From IMG/VR virus record IMGVR_UViG_3300032270_000543, positions 64,001 to 128,000 of that record: a stretch of 64,000 nucleotides of DNA; one strand, 5' to 3'. Origin of the DNA: a virus. Its lineage: Duplodnaviria; Caudoviricetes. Every line of letters starts with the position of its first letter. Within the stretch, counting starts at the first letter, position 1. The notes beneath the pieces are model-generated. The model searched no databases and was not told the origin of the DNA. It saw only the letters and a program-made list of their open reading frames with translations. This document shows positions 26,370-35,858 of the stretch, piece after piece. A program made the translations under genes and the position numbers.

Positions 26370-26627
26370 TCATAGGGTTTCCTCTGTAATGGTGATTCGG
26401 TTCTTTTGATTGGTGACATGACCACTCGGAGTCTTCACGAAATAGTTGCTCCGCTGCCGATCATCGTCATGTCCCAAACGGTAGTTAATAGAGGAGACTC
26501 CACGGCTCTGGAGTTCCTGAAAGAGTTGAGGGGACTGAAGTGTTCCCACCACCATCTCGGAAATGGTGAGGGCATCTGCTTCACTCAAAGGCAGAGGGAT
26601 GTCGATGTGTAGCCGATACGCGCTCAT
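26370..26627 (-). CDS. Hypothetical protein
   Basis: MSAYRLHIDIPL..; AAGGAG SD; promoter TTGCAT-N16-TATACT at 26650-26677. Confidence 0.65.
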   Translation of the reverse strand: MSAYRLHIDIPLPLSEADALTISEMVVGTLQSPQLFQELQSRGVSSINYRLGHDDDRQRSNYFVKTPSGHVTNQKNRITITEETL

Positions 26628-27016
26628 GCCTGACTCCTTTACGGTAGTAAGTATAGCATGACGGGGAGGGAATGCAATCCCTCGTATCGGTGTTCCTGTA
26701 TTTGATTTGGGGTGTCCCTGTGGTATACAGTTGTGTACTGGTGTATTCTTAATACATCTCATCTTCACACTGGACACAGATACTTATACGAGTGGAAAAT
26801 TCACCCGAATATAAAAGTCAATACTTCAGGAAAACGGATTACTTTGAAAGTTTGTGCTTGTCAACGGCTGTCACGCTCTTGCGTAGCGCGTCCATGACTT
26901 GAGCCAATTCGCGCCACCCTATTTGGTCAAGAAGGTATTCCTCATACGAATGAACGGCAAGTGCTGCTGCGTTCAGGAGGTCTTCGTTGAGTTCCTTCTC
27001 GGACTTTTTCATAGGC

Positions 27017-27337
27017 TTACCCTCGCTTGAAAAATAGCAGGAGTCGCGCAAACCAGTTTAGTTTGGTGTTCTCTGCCTGTGCCTTCTTTCGCTTCAACTC
27101 TGCTGCCTCTTCCATGATTTCGTATGTGAGAATGTTTTGAATCTGCTGGGGCATTACCATTGGCGTGGCGTCCGTGAACCGTGTCTTTGCGAACTGTAGC
27201 AGTTCGTAAATCTTTTGAGACTCTGCGAGTTTCCGCCACTCCTCCCCGCCGTCCACGGATTCGTATATTCCGTAGATGCCGTCTTCGCCGTCAATGCGAA
27301 CCAAGTCAATACCGATGATTTTTTCACTGTCAAGCAT
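27017..27337 (-). CDS. Hypothetical protein
   Basis: GGAGGT SD, TAGATA late-like box. Confidence 0.6.
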   Translation of the reverse strand: MLDSEKIIGIDLVRIDGEDGIYGIYESVDGGEEWRKLAESQKIYELLQFAKTRFTDATPMVMPQQIQNILTYEIMEEAAELKRKKAQAENTKLNWFARLLLFFKRG

Positions 27338-27360
27338 GACGAACCTCCAAAAGTATCTAT

Positions 27361-27389
27361 GAAAAAAGCCGCCCCGTTGGGGGCGGCTG
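27361..27389 (-). terminator. Intrinsic terminator
   Basis: AGCCGCCCC-caac-GGGGCGGCT followed by U-tract. Confidence 0.8.
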
Positions 27390-27531
27390 TGGGCGATTCA
27401 ACTATTTTGGAGTTCGCGTTTGGCATCACGCCGCGCCTTGCGTGGGCAGCGCGACTTCTTGCCCCATGTCTTCGGGCGCAAGCGTTGCCCCTCGCGGAGC
27501 GCATCGTGTACGAACTTTCCTGCTCTGATGT

Positions 27532-27858
27532 TCATGGTGTCTCCTGTTCTCCGCTCCACGGCTTCCAACCGCCTTGGTCAATCAAATCGTTCCACACATC
27601 GCGCCCAAGAATGGTTCCCATGCTCGTTGGATTGCTTGCTTCCAACTTGATGGTGAAATGGGTAGTCCACACCAACCACTCCTTTGCCAACCCAAACGGG
27701 TGAAAGCAAATCACCACATCGGGATTGTGTGGAACTTCAGGCGTTTCTTCCCACGCAAAGGTGATGACTCCGATCCGCTCGTTTCGCAGGATTGCCCTGT
27801 AGCCCTTGGGGTGGGTGAAGTGTTCGCGGATGGTTCGGTGGCGGTGCAGTTCGGGCAT
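27532..27858 (-). CDS. Hypothetical protein
   Basis: AAGGAGG SD; ends RDVWNDLIDQGGW (recurring early-gene C-terminal motif). Confidence 0.6.
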   Translation of the reverse strand: MPELHRHRTIREHFTHPKGYRAILRNERIGVITFAWEETPEVPHNPDVVICFHPFGLAKEWLVWTTHFTIKLEASNPTSMGTILGRDVWNDLIDQGGWKPWSGEQETP

Positions 27859-28070
27859 TATTTGCCGTCCTCCTTTCGTGGCACAGGGACAATCGTCACC
27901 AGATCGTCGGGAGGTGCAGGAAGGTCGCGCACACCGCGTAGCACATCTTGACCGAGCAACAGCAAGCGACATTCCCGCCTCGCCTCGTCACGCTCACGCA
28001 ACGCATCAACGAGTTGATTGTTGAGGTTCCTGATCGTTTCGTTCAGGTACTCGCGCTCTTCTTCGCTCAC
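27858..28070 (-). CDS. ERDEAR-motif small protein, copy 1
   Basis: GTG start after AAGGAGG; N-terminus identical to 28067-28294. Confidence 0.6.
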   Translation of the reverse strand: MSEEEREYLNETIRNLNNQLVDALRERDEARRECRLLLLGQDVLRGVRDLPAPPDDLVTIVPVPRKEDGK

Positions 28071-28308
28071 TTGCCGTCCTCCTTGAAGCAGTCCCATCCT
28101 TTTGAGATCGCCACATCCAATGACGGGAAGGGTTTGAAGTCCCTCTCTCCGTCATTCCACACAGTTTCGTGATGATGTTCAACCTCCTTGCAATACATCC
28201 GCCTCGCCTCGTCGCGCTCACGCAACGCATCAACGAGTTGATTGTTGAGGTTCCTGATCGTTTCGTTCAGGTACTCGCGCTCTTCTTCGCTCACTTGCCG
28301 TCCTCCTT
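27975..28308. repeat. 110-bp direct repeat (27975-28084 and 28199-28308)
   Basis: Copies differ at one position seen (gtca vs gtcg). Confidence 0.92.
28067..28294 (-). CDS. ERDEAR-motif small protein, copy 2
   Basis: VSEEEREYLNETIRNLNNQLVDALRERDEARR...KGWDCFKEDGK. Confidence 0.6.
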   Translation of the reverse strand: MSEEEREYLNETIRNLNNQLVDALRERDEARRMYCKEVEHHHETVWNDGERDFKPFPSLDVAISKGWDCFKEDGK

Positions 28309-28686
28309 CTTCGTGCGTCTTGGAAACAGAACGCTTAACCCGATCCCTGCGAGGCAACACAGCATCGTCAGGACGATGCCGACAATCACTCCGATTCCGA
28401 AATCTTCGCTCACTTGTCAGTCTCCTCGCAGGTGTCACAGGTGTCGTAGTCGGTGTCGTAAACGATTTCGCCGCAGCAGCGGCACGGGTTCGCGTTGTCA
28501 TCAGGCACAGGCGCGTCCTTGCCTGACACGATGCCGTAGCAACGGCGGCACAGGGTCGCGCTCTCGCCCACATTGGCGGAAGCCACATCACACGGCAGGG
28601 ACTCCACCACCATCCGCGCCTTGGCGTGGACGCGGCAACCGCAACTGTCACAGTGTTCGTAATTGCACATTTGAGTCATTCTCCTT

Positions 28687-29457
28687 TTAAGCAAGCACCC
28701 AACCGTCAGCGAGGAGCGCGTTCCAAGTACTACGCGCTTCGTCCTTCGTGTAGATGTCATCCACATAGGACTGATCTTCGGAATCAAGAGCGATACGACC
28801 GTCTGCCGTGGTCTGCATCGTGATGATCAGCCCGTTCTTCACGAAAGTCCACACGGTGGGCTTGAACGGAGCCGCAGCAGGAGCAGCGGGAGCCGCCGCA
28901 CCGCCAAAGTCTTCGGTGAAGAAATACACGCCCGTAGCGGTGTGCGTGGGGTCGCTCTTCAGCACACCGTGGAACGAGAACACCCACTGCTTCTTTAGCA
29001 TTTCATCAAAGCGGTGCTGCGTGAGGTTGGTGGCATTGTAGTACCACCGCTTGTCATCGCTGCTCCACAGCGCACCCGCGCTCTTCGCAAAGTCCTTGTC
29101 CGCGAACGGCACGGCAAGGTACACGCGGAACGGGTACGCGAGGTTGATGTCCGCGACCGTCATGGCGTTCGGATTGAACACGGGAGCCTTGCGCTCACCG
29201 CGAATCATTTCGTACTGATTGAGCCAATTCACGGTGTCCGCAGTCAGGCGGTTCTGCGGCATCCACCACTTGATCGTGCCCTTGGACGCGGGGCAGAAAC
29301 GCGCACCGCGACCCTTGGCTTCGGAGCGGATAGCAGTGCTGCCCTTCTTGCGGAACGGAATGTCAATCCACAGACCGTAGGGAACTGCGGACGGATTCAG
29401 CGTGTACGGCTTGTAGGTCATGGGCGAACGGGTGGAGCGGTTCATGGTGGTGGTCAT
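28687..29457 (-). CDS. DUF5710-like repeat protein
   Basis: YLAVPFADKDFAKSAGALWSSDDKRWY and an earlier degenerate copy WIDIPF...AKGRGARF...KWW. Confidence 0.7.
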   Translation of the reverse strand: MTTTMNRSTRSPMTYKPYTLNPSAVPYGLWIDIPFRKKGSTAIRSEAKGRGARFCPASKGTIKWWMPQNRLTADTVNWLNQYEMIRGERKAPVFNPNAMTVADINLAYPFRVYLAVPFADKDFAKSAGALWSSDDKRWYYNATNLTQHRFDEMLKKQWVFSFHGVLKSDPTHTATGVYFFTEDFGGAAAPAAPAAAPFKPTVWTFVKNGLIITMQTTADGRIALDSEDQSYVDDIYTKDEARSTWNALLADGWVLA

Positions 29458-29476
29458 TTGAGTAGTTTCCTCTATG

Positions 29477-29866
29477 TTAGGCAGCGCGGTTCTTTGCTGT
29501 CTTCTTCACGGGCTTCTTCGTGGTCTTCGGTGCAATGCCAAGGAACTTCTGCACCCACTTCACCCACTTCGTAGTATCCTCTTCGGGAAGACCGTTGTAG
29601 CAGTAGCGAGTCTTTCCCTTGGGGCTGACGAGAACCCAAGTATTTTCAGCGGCGTAGCAGTTGTCTACCGCATCGGTGAATTCAATCATGTACGCGCCCA
29701 CGGGCAGTTCCACGGTGTCGCCGTGGTCTGCTGCATCGCGCAGCATGGTGCGGAGTTCCTTGTCCTTGCGGACATCGTACAGGTACGGATTCACGCGCTG
29801 CTTCGGCTTCGCAGCAAGAGCGCGGGTGCGAACGGTTTCGGGGAGGTTGTTGAAGAGATTCTTCAT
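29477..29866 (-). CDS. Hypothetical early protein (leaderless)
   Basis: ATG 6 nt after TATAAT (29873-29878). Confidence 0.7.
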   Translation of the reverse strand: MKNLFNNLPETVRTRALAAKPKQRVNPYLYDVRKDKELRTMLRDAADHGDTVELPVGAYMIEFTDAVDNCYAAENTWVLVSPKGKTRYCYNGLPEEDTTKWVKWVQKFLGIAPKTTKKPVKKTAKNRAA

Positions 29867-29988
29867 GCCCCCATTATAAGGGAACGGCAGGAGCGGCACA
29901 AGAGGGTAGGCAAATATGGTCCGATAACTAAACACAAAAACCCCTGTAAAAACAGGGGTTCTGTGCAGGGTGCGAAATATGCAATATT

Positions 29989-30585
29989 TTAGGCTGATTC
30001 GTGCAGCATGGAGCCGCGCTGCACCGACAGCACGGACTCTTCACCGAATGATCGCCACTCGCCCTTTTCCAAATCAAAGGCTACGATCAGATGCGCTGCC
30101 TTCGTCTTGCCGCTGCCCTTCGGGTGCTTGTCCTCGGGGATCGCTTCCAAGTTACGAGTGCAGTGCATGACGCGCTCGGTGCCGTCCTTCTTCTTGAAGG
30201 TCACGGTAATGCTTTCGCCGTTCTTGAGGTATTGTTCGGTGATTTCTGCGAGATAGTTCTTGCGAGTGGTGGTCGTGGTGTCAGTCATGGGAGTCTCCTG
30301 CTTGGGGTTGAACACTTCGGGGTAACGCTCTTGGATGCTGTAGTCCATCGGGAAATGCTTGCACACGCGCCGCGCCCGTTGACGGATCTCCTTCGGTACT
30401 CGCGGAGTGGCGGACGGGTCAAGCAGGTCAAACAAAAATCTGCGGACGGCTTGTAGGCTTTGGACTTCTTCGTTTGGGAGGGTCATGCGCTCTTCCTTTT
30501 CGCTTTGGGCTAATCGCTCTAGTGTGCGCTTGTGCAGTGCATTCACGCGCCGCATGGCAGCAAACAGTTCGTCATCAGAAATCAT
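29989..30585 (-). CDS. In-frame run of three cassettes; C-terminal WYL_2/Sm-like SH3 beta-barrel domain (start 30288)
   Basis: VTFKKKDGTERVMHCTRN...AFDLEKGEWRSF; internal SD+ATG at 30486 and 30288. Confidence 0.75.
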   Translation of the reverse strand: MISDDELFAAMRRVNALHKRTLERLAQSEKEERMTLPNEEVQSLQAVRRFLFDLLDPSATPRVPKEIRQRARRVCKHFPMDYSIQERYPEVFNPKQETPMTDTTTTTRKNYLAEITEQYLKNGESITVTFKKKDGTERVMHCTRNLEAIPEDKHPKGSGKTKAAHLIVAFDLEKGEWRSFGEESVLSVQRGSMLHESA

Positions 30586-31012
30586 GGTCTTCCACCTTGT
30601 ACGGCTCCATTACATCGGGATCGGCACAACGGGGACAGCGCGTGTACAGCCAATACCCACCGATGCGACCGTGCAGCGAACCAGGCGCACCACACGCTTC
30701 ACAGGTATTTGCGGTTTCGCGCTCGGCTTCCACGATCCACTGAAAAATCTGATCGTCTGCGCCGCACACATAGAACCGCAGCGTTCCGAACTTCTCCTTG
30801 ATCTGATCAATCTGAAATCCGTAATCGGGATCGCGGAATCCTGCGGCGTACTTTTCTGCAAGATGCGCTTCAATCTTTTGCAGCAGCCGCTCAATAATGC
30901 CGTTCCATCCGCTGCTGTGTTGAATGCCAAACCCCATGCAAGAGCCTGTGCGCTCAAAGCACAGTGGGAAACGGGTCTTCCAATTTTCGTATGTGGTGTC
31001 TTGATTGCTCAT
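30575..31012 (-). CDS. Conserved phage hypothetical protein (QIKEKFGTLRFY, CxxC)
   Basis: GWNGII, DQIKEKFGTLRFY, TCEACGAPG, TRC. Confidence 0.75.
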   Translation of the reverse strand: MSNQDTTYENWKTRFPLCFERTGSCMGFGIQHSSGWNGIIERLLQKIEAHLAEKYAAGFRDPDYGFQIDQIKEKFGTLRFYVCGADDQIFQWIVEAERETANTCEACGAPGSLHGRIGGYWLYTRCPRCADPDVMEPYKVEDHDF

Positions 31013-31015
31013 GGC

Positions 31016-31480
31016 TCATGCCTCCATTGCGTAGTTGTAGTTGGTGTATTCCGCGATGACAGGGGAAATTTTGTTTTCCGCCTTCATCTGCTTGACGATT
31101 CTGTCCAACACCGTGGTAAAGGTTTCCGTGTTGGTTTCCTGCGTTTCGTGCTTGACGGCAAAACGAAACGCGATTCCGTGTACCGTGATTCGGTAGGTGA
31201 GCGAAATCCAATTCTTTGGATCAACAGCAGTGTAGTCCCAATCAAGGCGTTCCTTCCAATGCCGCCGCGCCTCTTCCACCGTGAGGAGATCACACACAGA
31301 GTTCTCACTGATGCGCTGAAGCGAATCGGGGCGTGACCCGTCAAAGCCCACCACGATCACTTTGCCGTTCCACGGAAAGTAGCCAAACAGCCACGACCCA
31401 CCGTGGCGGGACAGGTAGTGCTGCTTCGGGAACGGGTCTTCCGTTCGTGCATTACGGGTACTGCGGTCTATCGGAGTCAT
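31016..31480 (-). CDS. Hypothetical early protein (leaderless)
   Basis: ATG 6 nt after TATACT of TTGATT-N16-TATACT (31487-31514). Confidence 0.65.
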   Translation of the reverse strand: MTPIDRSTRNARTEDPFPKQHYLSRHGGSWLFGYFPWNGKVIVVGFDGSRPDSLQRISENSVCDLLTVEEARRHWKERLDWDYTAVDPKNWISLTYRITVHGIAFRFAVKHETQETNTETFTTVLDRIVKQMKAENKISPVIAEYTNYNYAMEA

Positions 31481-31607
31481 GCACAAAGTATAGCACACCT
31501 AATATGTGAATCAAGCACCCGCAATATTTGTTTGTTATACTTCGGGAAAAGAAAGAGAGGGCATTTCTGCCCTCCCGTTCGTAATTAAGTGATTAAGTGT
31601 GATTTAA

Positions 31608-31775
31608 TCACTTCACAAGACTGGTGACGGCATTCTCAAGAGCGTGCCACACAAACATCGCACCCTTGATCGCAAACGGAAGAATTGCGAAAAAGGCAAC
31701 GAGGTGCAGGGGGTTCTTCCAGCAGAAGCAACCAGTAACGGGGCAAGTCTTGACCGTAGTGTTGTTAGTAGCCAT
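31608..31775 (-). CDS. Small membrane protein (55 aa)
   Basis: MATNNTTVKTCPVTGCFCWKNPLHLVAFFAILPFAIKG..; AAGGAG SD. Confidence 0.65.
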   Translation of the reverse strand: MATNNTTVKTCPVTGCFCWKNPLHLVAFFAILPFAIKGAMFVWHALENAVTSLVK

Positions 31776-31900
31776 ATCAACATCTCCTTTTCATAAGCCC
31801 CCTCGGAATTGAGGGGGGTGCTATATCTAGCCTTTCATATATTGGATCGGGAGTATGAAGTATTCGGATCGTATTCTTCACGGGTTATATTTAAAAGCGA

Positions 31901-32012
31901 AAGGGGAGCCTTGCGGCTCCCCTCTCTGACGGTCAACAGGTAGCGAAGTTCCCGCAACGCATGAGTAGCGTAATCCAGTTCGCACTGTCTACAGACTACT
32001 GCCCCGATGACT
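31901..32012 (-). ncRNA. Candidate late small RNA with terminator
   Basis: CTAAATA late promoter (~32017-32023), ~90 nt base-paired region, GGGGAGCC-gcaa-GGCTCCCC terminator. Confidence 0.45.
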
Positions 32013-32037
32013 TAACTATTTAGTACGCGAGGAGTTA

Positions 32038-32577
32038 CTAACAGTTCCATTTTCGCAAAGATTTGTTGATACGCGAATCAGGGTCACGCGCAGTCTCTGC
32101 GGAGGTGAGTTTAGCCTTCATGCCCTTCATTCGTGAGCAGAACGACTTGCGGCGTTTAGCCTTTTTTGAACCTGGCTTTAGTTTGCTTGGCTTTGTGGTT
32201 ACCGCGGTTTGCAGTTTGGAGCCTGGATTCTCGCGGCGATAGGACGCAACACCCTTCTTATTCAAGCCGCCCTCGGGGTTCTTGCCTTCCTTGCGCTGCC
32301 ACGCACCCACGGCTTCATTCACGGTGTCGCCCACCATATAGTTGCGGACGCTTGACACATAGTCCGCTGCCTTGGTGATCTTGGACTGCACCCACGCCTC
32401 AATCTCGTCATCCTCGCCAAGCATCTTTAGGAGTTCCTGTGCGTTGGCAATCATGGACTTGAGTTCGCCCCGTGCCATTTCGCCTTCGTAATCGCCTTCC
32501 ACCCCGCTGCTTGGAGCCTCTTCAAGGCGAGATACGGATTCGGTGAGTGATCGGTACGCTTGTGAGTTGAATCGCAT
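32038..32577 (-). CDS. Modular internal-head-type protein (DYEGEMA module + DUF6321-like module)
   Basis: EAWVQSKITKAADY; AWQRKEGKNPEGGLN...RRKSFCSRM...SLRKWNC; late promoter upstream. Confidence 0.75.
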   Translation of the reverse strand: MRFNSQAYRSLTESVSRLEEAPSSGVEGDYEGEMARGELKSMIANAQELLKMLGEDDEIEAWVQSKITKAADYVSSVRNYMVGDTVNEAVGAWQRKEGKNPEGGLNKKGVASYRRENPGSKLQTAVTTKPSKLKPGSKKAKRRKSFCSRMKGMKAKLTSAETARDPDSRINKSLRKWNC

Positions 32578-32648
32578 GGTGTGTTCCCCTAAAGAATAAG
32601 AGCGGCATTCCTGCCGCTCCTATTTAGGTTTCACCCGCTCCCCTGTAT

Positions 32649-33050
32649 TTATCGCGCAGCGGACAAACGCTCCCACAGCCGCCGCGCATCGCTCTTGGCT
32701 AACCGCACGGTGTTGTTCGCGTTGAATGTAATACTAATCCCCACCGTCAGGGTGTTGCTTGCCGCGTCATTACGGCTGAATTCCTTGACTTCAGGGTATA
32801 TGTTCTTGAACAGCGTGGCGCGTTCGTATTCCGCCCGACACGCGGCGAAGGACAATTGTTTCAGCAGTGCGTTGCTGAAAACCATCTTATGCACCCATAT
32901 AAACGGAAAGCCTGTAGTGCTGGGGCGTTGTGGTCGTGCCTCCACAAGCACATCAGGACACGCTGCGGAGTACACAAGAAAACCCCACTCGCAGCCCTGT
33001 GCGTCCGTGATGCGGTGGATGGCGTATTGCTCCTGTGGTGGTGCGTTCAT
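32649..33050 (-). CDS. Hypothetical protein
   Basis: Coupled to upstream gene by ATGA overlap. Confidence 0.55.
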   Translation of the reverse strand: MNAPPQEQYAIHRITDAQGCEWGFLVYSAACPDVLVEARPQRPSTTGFPFIWVHKMVFSNALLKQLSFAACRAEYERATLFKNIYPEVKEFSRNDAASNTLTVGISITFNANNTVRLAKSDARRLWERLSAAR

Positions 33051-33831
33051 TCGTCCTTGTCCTTGCCCCAACCGCGTGGCGCAGGAGGGTCGTATTCAGG
33101 GCGCGAAAAATCAGGAACGCGAATTCCTGTCACTGCAAGCAGTTCTTCCACCTCGCGCTGTAGATCGCGGCAATTGCGTTCGGCGCGTTGCAGATGGTAC
33201 TCAAGCATTTCATTCCGAATACTCAACTCTTCGCATTGTGTACGCAAATCACCGATCTGCTTTGTAAGGCTGTCAAAATCGTCCTTGCTCATTTCACTCT
33301 CCATCCGTTGTACGAAAAAATGAGTTCTGTGTGTTTGCTTCGTGGCGTTCGCGTCCCCGTTCGATTTCACGAATAAGCGATTCAATGCAATTGGCTGCCA
33401 GTTCATCCCCACGCTTGCGGCAGGTGTGTGCCACCTTCGTGGCATTGGCAATCTTCTTCAGAATTCGAATCTCTTCCGTCAGGGTCTTGTGTTCGTGGTG
33501 CAGGTGTTCCATTACTCGCTGCCTTTCGTAAAGTCCACGCCCTTTAGTTCATTTGTCTCAAGAGCGTAGCGCATTGCGCGTTCGTGCAGTTCAGGATTTG
33601 TTTCTTTAATGTAGTTTGTGTACACCAAACCAAAATACATCATGGAGTACAATTCTTTGTTTTCGAGATCGGTTTCGGCAGCGATCTGTGCCTTCAGCGT
33701 TTCCTCAAGTTCCTTGTCCATTGCGAATCTCCTTTTTGCGAATGCCAAACCAATAAATGAGTGCGCCGATGCCCAAGCCAAAAATCACACCAATCAGGAA
33801 GTTGCTGTTTCGTGCCACGGCTTCAGCCCTT

Positions 33832-34236
33832 TCACGCGCGTGTCTTCACCAGAGCAAACGACCGCTTGCACAGCGGATCAAGCATTTCGGTGGGCAAGCC
33901 CAGTGCGTGTGCAGCGTTCTCGCGGGACAGCCACTGCGCCTCCACCACCACTTCTTTCGCGCCGATGCACGGGAACGCGCCAATCTGCCGCACCAAGTAC
34001 GCAGGGGCTTCGGTGTTGTCAGGGTTCACGAACGAATCAGTGGACACGAAAGGTCCGCCTTCGAAATCAATCATGCCCTCGCCGCCCCGCACATAGCGGC
34101 TCTCGCCCTCAATGATGTACGCGCGAGTGCCGTCACTCTGCACCCCAAGCGGGGACAGCGAACGCGCCTCGCCGTAGCGAGAGGTGAATGCGTAAGCGTT
34201 TGGTGTGGTATTACTGTTCACGGGAAGACTCCTCAT
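33832..34236 (-). CDS. Hypothetical protein
   Basis: SRYGEAR...MIDFEGGPFV; start uncertain. Confidence 0.55.
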   Translation of the reverse strand: MRSLPVNSNTTPNAYAFTSRYGEARSLSPLGVQSDGTRAYIIEGESRYVRGGEGMIDFEGGPFVSTDSFVNPDNTEAPAYLVRQIGAFPCIGAKEVVVEAQWLSRENAAHALGLPTEMLDPLCKRSFALVKTRA

Positions 34237-34549
34237 CGCTAAACAGGACACGCCCACTTGCGTGTAGCAGTGCATCAACTGCAAGAATCAGGATGCACAG
34301 TGCGGACAGCAGTGCCAACACGGGAACGCAGTAGTGAAACAGGAACAGTAGAATGGTGTCAGTCATGCCCACAGTATAGCACAGCCGTGCGCCCACACAA
34401 GCCCTGCACCCGCCCCTTCAGTATTTTATTTGCTGCGGTCGCGGATCGCGCACCACACGCCCCACACAATCAGCCCCGCGCCGCCCATTGCCAGCGCACT
34501 CAAAAATGCCATGACACTCAAATAATCCCATGCCGATGCTGTAATCATG

Positions 34550-35224
34550 TTATTTGCCTCCTGCCAGCGCAATGAGTTTTTTAAGTATGGCGGCATCGTC
34601 CCCGCCGAATTCGTCGTGGCGACAGAACGCCGCGCCCTTCAGGGGCAGACTGTCCACGGAAATGATTTCACGCTGATACGAGAACACCCCCGCCAGTCGC
34701 GGCGTGTTTTCGTATGCGGTGTCGGGATTCATAAAAAAGCCCCCACGGTTCTGGTTCAGGTCGCACACGAAAATCATGTGGTACGCACCAGGGTTGCGGC
34801 GGTAGAACGCACCACCGAAATCCCGCAACAAGCGTGGCATGATGCCTGTGTCCACTGTCCATGAATTGATCCGCCCCTTGTGGGGGCTGTACCGCCCACC
34901 GCCCACCCAGCCCCACTCGGTGCCGTCCTGTGGAAATGACGGAATCAACTTTTTTGCAACCGCCGCAGGAATGTCGTTAATGATGCGGTACGCCCGCGTG
35001 TACTTTTTGGGAACTGTCAGGTAGTCCGTGTACCACCCACTGTCCCGTGCAGTCAGCACTTCGTCTACCAGCGCGTTCAGGCGGTCATCCTTGCCCCCAA
35101 AGTAGTGCTTCTGAAACGCATCCCATGCCGCTGCCTCTTCGGGTGTGTTCCGTTCAGGGGGCTTCGGCGCGTCTGTGCGGTGGGGGGCAAAGATGATCTG
35201 CCCGTAGTCAGGTACTTTAGCCAT
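34550..35224 (-). CDS. Putative ADP-ribosyltransferase-fold protein
   Basis: R-S-E pattern: AYRII...NSWT...YQREII; TACATA late-like box 6 nt upstream of ATG. Confidence 0.45.
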   Translation of the reverse strand: MAKVPDYGQIIFAPHRTDAPKPPERNTPEEAAAWDAFQKHYFGGKDDRLNALVDEVLTARDSGWYTDYLTVPKKYTRAYRIINDIPAAVAKKLIPSFPQDGTEWGWVGGGRYSPHKGRINSWTVDTGIMPRLLRDFGGAFYRRNPGAYHMIFVCDLNQNRGGFFMNPDTAYENTPRLAGVFSYQREIISVDSLPLKGAAFCRHDEFGGDDAAILKKLIALAGGK

Positions 35225-35450
35225 ACAGGTATGTAGAGTGCGCGGGGGAGGCTCCACAGGGGAGGTGGGGCGGCTCCAATATTTGAAAAGTGTGGTGGAG
35301 GCGTATGGGAACCCAATATTTGAAAACTGTGTGGGGAGGGAGTCCCACGGTGATTTTTTGAAATCCGTTTTGTGGATTTTGGTCGGAGGTGCTAACGCGC
35401 CCACTAAACCCCCACACCGATTGCCCAGCACTGTTGTCCGAGTGTAAATG

Positions 35451-35486
35451 AAAAAGCCCCTGTCCGTGCGTAGGCGGACAGGGGCG
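35451..35486 (-). terminator. Intrinsic terminator
   Basis: GCCCCTGTCCG hairpin followed by U-tract. Confidence 0.75.
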
Positions 35487-35525
35487 TTGTAGCGATGCAC
35501 GGGACGAATCCCACACGGCTACGAT

Positions 35526-35846
35526 TTATTTAGTACTGACAGGCGCACCAATGCTGCCACGCGCAATCTCTACCCATCCCTCTGACAGCAGTTCACTCCA
35601 CACACGCCGCGCGTTGTCAGTGAACAGTGAAATATGCCAGTCGCGCTCTAGTGCGTAGTTCCCACCGTCCACATACACAGGCTTGTCGTCTGTGCTGGTG
35701 GCAGTGAGCCACACGAATGCGAACGCACCAGTGGGATCGTAGTTGAAAGTCACAGTGGTGCGCCCTTGGCTGTACGGCTGCATGAGGGTGACGGAGCGAT
35801 GGCAGCGGTGTTGGTGTACGGTGTTGCGGAATTCGTGAGTTCGCAT
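35526..35846 (-). CDS. Hypothetical protein
   Basis: Ends ARRVWSELLSEGW, motif shared with other early genes. Confidence 0.6.
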   Translation of the reverse strand: MRTHEFRNTVHQHRCHRSVTLMQPYSQGRTTVTFNYDPTGAFAFVWLTATSTDDKPVYVDGGNYALERDWHISLFTDNARRVWSELLSEGWVEIARGSIGAPVSTK

Positions 35847-35858
35847 GGTGTTCTCTAA

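Noticed and set aside
27975-28308. Possible CRISPR array or DGR template/variable repeat pair
   Set aside because: Only two 110-bp coding copies with one mismatch; no spacer periodicity and no reverse transcriptase or cas gene in the window
30407-31336. 309-aa plus-strand ORF
   Set aside because: Antisense to recognisable minus-strand genes with promoter and SD support
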